Assembly: GCA_045661205.1 (NCBI GenBank)
Contig: JAZRFE010000018.1
Span: 65,523 to 129,522 of the forward strand
Length of the DNA: 64,000 bases
Origin: Bacteroidaceae bacterium
GTDB lineage: Bacteria > Bacteroidota > Bacteroidia > Bacteroidales > Bacteroidaceae
Direction of reading: 5' to 3'
The notes under the pieces were generated by a model, which ran no database searches, was not told the DNA's origin, and saw only the letters and a list, made by a program, of their open reading frames with translations. This document shows, one piece after another, positions 58,242 to 64,000 of this stretch; the stretch's first letter is position 1, and every line of letters begins with the position of its first letter. The position numbers and the translations under genes are program-made.

Positions 58242-59165
58242 ATGGAAAAGATTGGAAAACTGATACATCTCATAGCCGTTGCAACACTGCTTGCAGTATC
58301 AAGTTGCAGCAACAAACCCATGAGAGCACTTATCGTCTCGGGACAGAACAACCACAACTGGAAAGTGAGTCATCCCGTTATTAAAGAGATACTCGACAAC
58401 TCAGGAATGTTCACCTCGGAAATTGCATTAACACCCCCAGCCGGTGGTAACATGAGCAGTTTCGACCCCCAATTTGAAAAATACGATGTCGTTGTACTCG
58501 ACTACAATGGTGATCGCTGGAGCGCAAAAACCGACAGCGCATTCCTCAATTATGTCCGTAAAGGCGGTGGAGTCATCGTATACCATGCAGCTGATAACGC
58601 TTTTGCAGGATGGGAAGAGTTCAATAAGATAATCGCCCTCGGAGGATGGGAGGGAAGAAACGAAAAGTCGGGACCTTACTGCTATCTCGAAAATGGCAAT
58701 TTGAAACTCGACTACTCACCCGGTCATGGAGGTTCACATGGGATGCAACGTCAATTCCCCATGCACTGTCGTAACGACAAACACCCTATCACGAAAGGTC
58801 TTCCCGACAATTGGTTGCATGCACAAGACGAAATGTACGACCGCATGCGTGGTCCGGCAAACATAAAGGATTTGCTCTACTCGGGAACTGCCGATAAGAA
58901 TACAGGTGGCTCAGGTCGCGAAGAGCCATTGATATTTACAGTTGATTACGGAAAGGCCCGCATCTTCCACATAATGTTAGGACATTGCGGCCCTACAAAA
59001 GAAAACAACCCCGCCATGCAATGCGTCGGTTTCCAGACACTGCTGTTGCGTGGAGCAGAATGGGCTGCAACAGGTAAAGTGACTCAGCCGCTCCCCACCG
59101 ACTTTCCCACTGAAAAATCAATATCACTGCGAATAGATTACGGAAAAAGCAAAGCAAATAAATAG
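58242..59165 (+). CDS. ThuA-domain lipoprotein
   Basis: 307 aa with the lipoprotein signal LLAVSSCS. The ThuA-like core is VVLDYNGDRW...GGGVIVYHAADNAF. Confidence 0.65.
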   Translation: MEKIGKLIHLIAVATLLAVSSCSNKPMRALIVSGQNNHNWKVSHPVIKEILDNSGMFTSEIALTPPAGGNMSSFDPQFEKYDVVVLDYNGDRWSAKTDSAFLNYVRKGGGVIVYHAADNAFAGWEEFNKIIALGGWEGRNEKSGPYCYLENGNLKLDYSPGHGGSHGMQRQFPMHCRNDKHPITKGLPDNWLHAQDEMYDRMRGPANIKDLLYSGTADKNTGGSGREEPLIFTVDYGKARIFHIMLGHCGPTKENNPAMQCVGFQTLLLRGAEWAATGKVTQPLPTDFPTEKSISLRIDYGKSKANK

Positions 59166-59195
59166 AAACGTCAGACTCCACATTCACTAAAAATA

Positions 59196-59226
59196 TTAGC
59201 TCCGGCATTTAATGTGCCGGAGCTAA
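59196..59226. terminator. bidirectional hairpin between convergent genes
   Basis: Perfect 12-bp stem TTAGCTCCGGCA / TGCCGGAGCTAA with a 7-nt loop. Confidence 0.65.
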
Positions 59227-59247
59227 TTATATATATTAAGCTAATAC

Positions 59248-61527
59248 TTATCTGTTCTTGTTTACCATTGCGTCGATAACAGCAACGGCTGTAACATTGA
59301 CAATGTCGCGAACAGAGCTTTCAAAATCGATAAAGTGGATAGCCTTGTTCAATCCCATCTGGATGGGGCCGATTACCTCTGTGTCAGCACTCATAGCCTG
59401 TACAAATTTGTACGAAGCATTAGCCGATGTGAGGTTGGGGAATACCAAAGTATTTACATCAAGACCTTTCAGACGAGTGAAGGGGTATTTATTGTCGCGC
59501 AGATTCTTATCCATAGCAACATTCACCTGCATTTCACCATCGATAGCCCAATCGGGATGTTCGCTCTGCAACTCCTCGATAGCACTGTGAACAGCAGCTG
59601 CGCTACCACCGGTATCAGTTCCAAAGTTAGAATAAGAGACCATAGCCATCACAGGAGTGTGGTTGAAGAAACGTACCGACTTTTCGCACAGACGAGCAAT
59701 ATCCTTCATAACCTCTTTTGAGGGGTGGCGGTTAATCAAAGTATCGGCAACAAAGTATGTACCCTTCTTTGAATTAAGAATGTGCATTGTAGCAAAATTG
59801 TCGAATCCGGGCTGTAAACCGATAACCTCACGAGCAACCTTAATGGTATTTGAGTATTTAGTATAAAGACCGGTGATGAAGGCATCAGCGTCGCCTACCT
59901 CAACCATCATCATGCCGAAATAGTTACGCTCGAACATCTTATCGTTAGCCTCCTCAAATGTATAACCTTCGCGGCAACGATTCTCAGCAAGAATTTTTGC
60001 ATACTTTTCGCGACGTGCCGACTCTCTGTCGTGACGCAGGTTTACAACCTCTATGCCCTCAAGACTCAGGTCAAGCTCGGCAGCAAGTTTCTCTATACGC
60101 TCGTCATTACCCAAAAGAATAGGATTACAAATACCAAGAGACTTCGCCTCGACAGCAGCTTTAAGCATTGTGGGGTGAGTACCCTCGGCAAACACCACAC
60201 GCTGGGGGTTGGTGCGGGCAGTCTCGTGCAACTGCTGTGTGAGTTTCGACTCACGACCCATAAGCTCGAGCAAGTGCTCTTTGTATTTACCCCAATCGCT
60301 GATAGTCTTACGCGCTACACCACTCTCAATGGCAGCCATAGCCACAGCAGTAGAAACCTCAGTAAGCAGGCGGGGATCAACAGGTTTCGGAATAAAATAG
60401 TCACGACCGAATGTGAGGTTGCTCACATGGTAAACCTTGTTCACAATCTCTGGGACGGGCTGCTTTGCAAGAGCTGCAATAGCACGTACAGCAGCAATCT
60501 TCATCTCCTCGTTAATAGCTTTTGCAGCAGTGTCAAGCGCACCACGGAAGATGTAAGGGAATCCGATTACATTGTTTATCTGGTTAGGATAGTCCGAACG
60601 ACCGGTACTCATAAGCACATCGGGGCGGCTCGCCATAGCCTCTTCATAAGTAATCTCAGGTACAGGGTTAGCAAGAGCAAAAACAATTGGGTCTTTTGCC
60701 ATCGAACGTACCATATCCTGTGAAAGGATATTACCTTTTGAAAGTCCAAGGAACACATCGGCACCCACCATAGCCTCTTCGAGAGTGTGAATATCTGTGC
60801 GAGTGGTTGCAAACTCCAGTTTCTCGGGAGTAAGGTTTGCTCTCTCAGTAGAGATAACACCGCGGCTGTCGAGCATCACCACGTTCTCCTTTTTCACACC
60901 CACTGACACATAAAGGCGAGCACATGAGATAGCAGCAGCACCGGCACCGTTCACAACAACCTTTACATCGGCGATATTCTTACCATTAACCTCAAGGGCA
61001 TTCAACAATCCTGCAGCCGAAATAATAGCAGTACCATGCTGGTCATCGTGCATCACAGGGATGTCGAGTTCCTCTTTCAGGCGGCGCTCAATCTCGAAAC
61101 ACTCGGGAGCCTTGATATCTTCTAGGTTGATACCACCGAAAGTGGGAGAGATAGCCTTTACAGCCTCTACAAACTTATCAGGGTCTTTCTCGTCCACCTC
61201 AATATCAAATACGTCGATACCTGCATAGATTTTGAACAAAAGTCCTTTACCCTCCATCACAGGCTTACCGCTGAGCGCACCAATATCACCGAGACCCAAT
61301 ACGGCAGTACCGTTTGAGATTACGGCAACAAGGTTACCCTTATCAGTATATTTATAAGCATTCTCCTGATCTTTCTGAATCTCAAGACAAGGCTCGGCAA
61401 CTCCGGGTGAGTAAGCCAAGCTCAAATCCATTTGTGTAAAATAAGGTTTAGTAGGAACAACCTCAATCTTTCCGGGGCGTTTCCCCTCGTGATACTTAAG
61501 AGCCTCTTCTTTTGTAATCTTTGTCAT
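59248..61527 (-). CDS. maeB: NADP-dependent malic enzyme with a PTA-like C-terminal domain
   Basis: 759 aa. It has an N-terminal malic enzyme domain ([16 protein letters not shown]) and a phosphate acetyltransferase-like C-terminal half. Confidence 0.92.
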   Translation of the reverse strand: MTKITKEEALKYHEGKRPGKIEVVPTKPYFTQMDLSLAYSPGVAEPCLEIQKDQENAYKYTDKGNLVAVISNGTAVLGLGDIGALSGKPVMEGKGLLFKIYAGIDVFDIEVDEKDPDKFVEAVKAISPTFGGINLEDIKAPECFEIERRLKEELDIPVMHDDQHGTAIISAAGLLNALEVNGKNIADVKVVVNGAGAAAISCARLYVSVGVKKENVVMLDSRGVISTERANLTPEKLEFATTRTDIHTLEEAMVGADVFLGLSKGNILSQDMVRSMAKDPIVFALANPVPEITYEEAMASRPDVLMSTGRSDYPNQINNVIGFPYIFRGALDTAAKAINEEMKIAAVRAIAALAKQPVPEIVNKVYHVSNLTFGRDYFIPKPVDPRLLTEVSTAVAMAAIESGVARKTISDWGKYKEHLLELMGRESKLTQQLHETARTNPQRVVFAEGTHPTMLKAAVEAKSLGICNPILLGNDERIEKLAAELDLSLEGIEVVNLRHDRESARREKYAKILAENRCREGYTFEEANDKMFERNYFGMMMVEVGDADAFITGLYTKYSNTIKVAREVIGLQPGFDNFATMHILNSKKGTYFVADTLINRHPSKEVMKDIARLCEKSVRFFNHTPVMAMVSYSNFGTDTGGSAAAVHSAIEELQSEHPDWAIDGEMQVNVAMDKNLRDNKYPFTRLKGLDVNTLVFPNLTSANASYKFVQAMSADTEVIGPIQMGLNKAIHFIDFESSVRDIVNVTAVAVIDAMVNKNR

Positions 61528-61551
61528 AAAATATATTGTATAAAAAACTTT

Positions 61552-64000
61552 TTACTTCTTTCTAACTCTCACAGGAGCCTCGGGAACACCGGGCAAAGCC
61601 GGATATTTCTCTAACTCCTTCAACAAAAACTCAACACCCTTGTTTAGCTGATTATCATTTCCAAGATAATCTTCAAAAGGATTGATATCAACCTCGAAAT
61701 CGGGTGTAACACCTGTACCTTCAATCAACCACTCGCCCTCTTTGGAGTATGAAGTGAAGAAAGGTGTACGCATATCCTGACCATCTATGTAGGGGCGCGA
61801 GCCTGTAATACCTACAATACCACCCCATGTGCGGCAACCCATAAGTTTACCAATACCAAGTTTTCGGAATCCGTGGGGGAACTGGTCGCCGTCAGACATT
61901 GAATATTTATCCACCAGACAGAGCTTTGGACCATAATGACTCTCGGCAGGCACTACACCACCCTTACGGTTGCGTCCCATGGTTATGCGATATACCTCGC
62001 GCTGCAAACGTTCAAGAATCATAGGCGACACATTACCACCACCGTTCATACGGTCATCGATAATAAGAGCCTTCTTTTCGAGCTGCGGGTAGAAATATTT
62101 TGTAAAGAAAGTCATGCCGTTTGCGCCCATATCGGGAATGTGAACATATCCAACTTTACCACCCGAAAGTGAATCAACAATAGCAATGTTACGTGTTATC
62201 CAGTCGTGGTAAGCAAGTCCCTGCTCCGACGCGATGGGTTTAACATATACTCGACGAACGCCATCAGCAGCAGACTTAGTATTCACATCAAGTGCAACAG
62301 TCATTCCAACCTTGCCAACAAGAGCCTCATAAATCTCGGAGAAATTCTTAGCGGGAACACCATCTATTGCAACGATATAATCACCGCTTTTCACGTTTAC
62401 GCCGGGAGCACGCAAGGGCGACTTTGCACCACTGTTCCAATCTTCACCTTCAAAAATATAATCGATGCGGTAGTTGCCATTATTGTCTTTAGAGAATTTA
62501 CCACCAAGCAGACCCACTGCAACAGCTTTTGGAGCAGGTGCCTCGCCCGATGTGATATATGCGTGGCCAACGCCAGCCTCTCCTATCATCTCACTGATAA
62601 GATAAGTGAGGTCGTGACGATGATTCACATAAGGAAGCATCACTGCATAACGGTCGTGCATTACCTTCCAGTCGGCACCATGCATATTCTCCACATAGAA
62701 ACCATCGCGGAATACACGCCACGACTCATTAAACATCTGATACCACTCTTTTCGGTGGTCGATAGTCATAGGCAAGTTTGAAGTGCTCACCTTCTTCGCG
62801 CCGCCGGGATTATTGATATCAGCAATTTTACCACCCGAGAGAAGAGCCTTTTTCGTTGCAGGGAAGTAACATACTACACTACCCATATCACTGCTGCGGC
62901 TCTCCATTGTTGCAATCTCCAGGCTCTTGTTCTTGCCATTATGCGAATAGAAGAGTTTGCCATTATAGACACCTCCCAAAGAATAGCCTCCATCCTCTTC
63001 AAAGAGAACAGCAGCACGTTCTTCAATGCCATCAAAGTCAATCTCTACAATATTTTCATCACTCTTCTTCTCACCCTTCTTTTTAGGCTCCTCCTTTTTC
63101 TCAGCAACTTTATCGTTCATTGCAAACTCATCAGCCTTGAACTCGTTAGGCAACGGAGTCTCCTTTTTCAGAGGAAGGACAAAAAGATAATTGCGTTTAG
63201 AGAAACTTGTGTTCCACTCTACTGATGAATAATTAATCTCATATTTTCGGTAAGAGACAAAGAAGAGATATTTTCCATCATCAGACCAACGGGGGCTGTT
63301 CGCGTCGAACCATTTTATAGTAACAGGTACACTAACCTTTTTAGCCATACTATATATGTACACGCGGTTCATGCCATTCTCGGCCTCAGTAGTATATGCC
63401 ACCCAATTATTATCGGGAGAGAGTTGTACGTCGAAAACATTTCCATCATTGCTTGCAATGATACGTGTGAGCGACTTTGATACAACATCGTAGCGATAAA
63501 CCTCACGTTTGTCTGTGCTGAAAAGCAGGAATTTGCTATCACTACTCCATTTCGGAGACGAGGGGTAACCATCCCTGAAAGATGTCACAGCCTTTGCCGA
63601 CGAAGGCTCATTCATCTTCTCGGTGTCTAGTAGGTAGAGCTGATACTCACCGGCCTTATCCGAGAAATATGCAATCCATTTGCCATCGGGCGACCAGGCA
63701 GCATCACGCTCATGACCATTGGGAGTATTTGTCAGGTTGTACACAGCACCATTCTGTGCAGGTACCGAGAATATCTCGCCACGAGCAGCAACAAGAGCAC
63801 GCTCGCCGTCAGGCGACATTGTGCAAGCATATCCGCTTACAGTGCGGAATTCGGAACGTGACGACAGATTAATGTCACTCAGAGAAATGTTTACCTTTGA
63901 GCATTTACCGTCGGCAACAACATATTTGTAAATATAACCACCATTCTCGAAAACAATATACTTGTCCGATGCAGCAGGGAATTTAATATCATACTCTTTA
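61552..64000 (-). CDS. tricorn-protease-like S41 peptidase, C-terminal about 815 aa (the gene continues beyond the window end)
   Basis: The track ORF starts at an internal Met (63819). Hand translation shows the frame stays open to position 64000 (KEYDIKFPAASDKYIVFENGGYIYKY...). Beta-propeller repeats, a PDZ-like domain and an S41 domain (IIDDRMNGGGNVS) are present. Confidence 0.85.
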   Translation of the reverse strand, partial: KEYDIKFPAASDKYIVFENGGYIYKYVVADGKCSKVNISLSDINLSSRSEFRTVSGYACTMSPDGERALVAARGEIFSVPAQNGAVYNLTNTPNGHERDAAWSPDGKWIAYFSDKAGEYQLYLLDTEKMNEPSSAKAVTSFRDGYPSSPKWSSDSKFLLFSTDKREVYRYDVVSKSLTRIIASNDGNVFDVQLSPDNNWVAYTTEAENGMNRVYIYSMAKKVSVPVTIKWFDANSPRWSDDGKYLFFVSYRKYEINYSSVEWNTSFSKRNYLFVLPLKKETPLPNEFKADEFAMNDKVAEKKEEPKKKGEKKSDENIVEIDFDGIEERAAVLFEEDGGYSLGGVYNGKLFYSHNGKNKSLEIATMESRSSDMGSVVCYFPATKKALLSGGKIADINNPGGAKKVSTSNLPMTIDHRKEWYQMFNESWRVFRDGFYVENMHGADWKVMHDRYAVMLPYVNHRHDLTYLISEMIGEAGVGHAYITSGEAPAPKAVAVGLLGGKFSKDNNGNYRIDYIFEGEDWNSGAKSPLRAPGVNVKSGDYIVAIDGVPAKNFSEIYEALVGKVGMTVALDVNTKSAADGVRRVYVKPIASEQGLAYHDWITRNIAIVDSLSGGKVGYVHIPDMGANGMTFFTKYFYPQLEKKALIIDDRMNGGGNVSPMILERLQREVYRITMGRNRKGGVVPAESHYGPKLCLVDKYSMSDGDQFPHGFRKLGIGKLMGCRTWGGIVGITGSRPYIDGQDMRTPFFTSYSKEGEWLIEGTGVTPDFEVDINPFEDYLGNDNQLNKGVEFLLKELEKYPALPGVPEAPVRVRKK

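Noticed and set aside
1-64000. CRISPR arrays, rRNA or tRNA genes, transposases, reverse transcriptase/DGR repeats, invertase-flanked promoters and known defence-system genes.
   Set aside because: I recognised no repeat-spacer structure, RNA gene signature or matching ORF anywhere in the window. Absence is judged by eye only.

Overview
The window looks like a Bacteroidota (Bacteroidales-like) chromosomal segment. Supporting signs are TAnnTTTG-type -7 promoter boxes, no Shine-Dalgarno sequences, and many lipoprotein-type signal peptides. All calls come from motif recognition by eye; no searches were run. Most of the window is core housekeeping: gyrA, clpC, htpG, a PaaI-like thioesterase, a serine hydrolase, a GH2 enzyme, a DEAD-box helicase, an LptF/G-family permease, tgt, lon, panB, rsmG, murB, pheS, nth, pgk, an aspT-asdA pair, an S9 peptidase, a ThuA-like protein, maeB and a tricorn-like S41 protease. 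Two compact phage-derived loci sit inside this core backbone. Locus A (about 8.2-16.6 kb, + strand) has seven tightly packed genes: a coiled-coil fibre-like protein, a 57-aa Cys/Trp-rich ORF missing from the ORF track, a roughly 1,850-aa signal-less multidomain protein (Ig-like repeats, LamG-like, CotH-like, two kinds of LRR), a 67-aa ORF, a holin-like protein, a GH24 endolysin and a unimolecular-spanin-like lipoprotein. Locus B (about 32.0-42.15 kb) has a CI/LexA-type S24 repressor, a perfect 16-bp palindrome in the divergent control region, a scaffold-like gene, a putative HK97-fold major capsid gene, several small connector-like genes (three are paralogs) and a large terminase. The window shows no integrase, replication, portal, tail tube, sheath or tape-measure genes and no att-like repeats. 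About 15 kb of core genes separate the two loci, and all their ORFs look intact. The main hypothesis is a dispersed, domesticated phage-derived system (GTA-like). Alternatively, locus A could be a holin/endolysin/spanin-dependent (type-10-secretion-like) release system for the giant protein. No rRNA, tRNA, CRISPR array or transposase was recognised.
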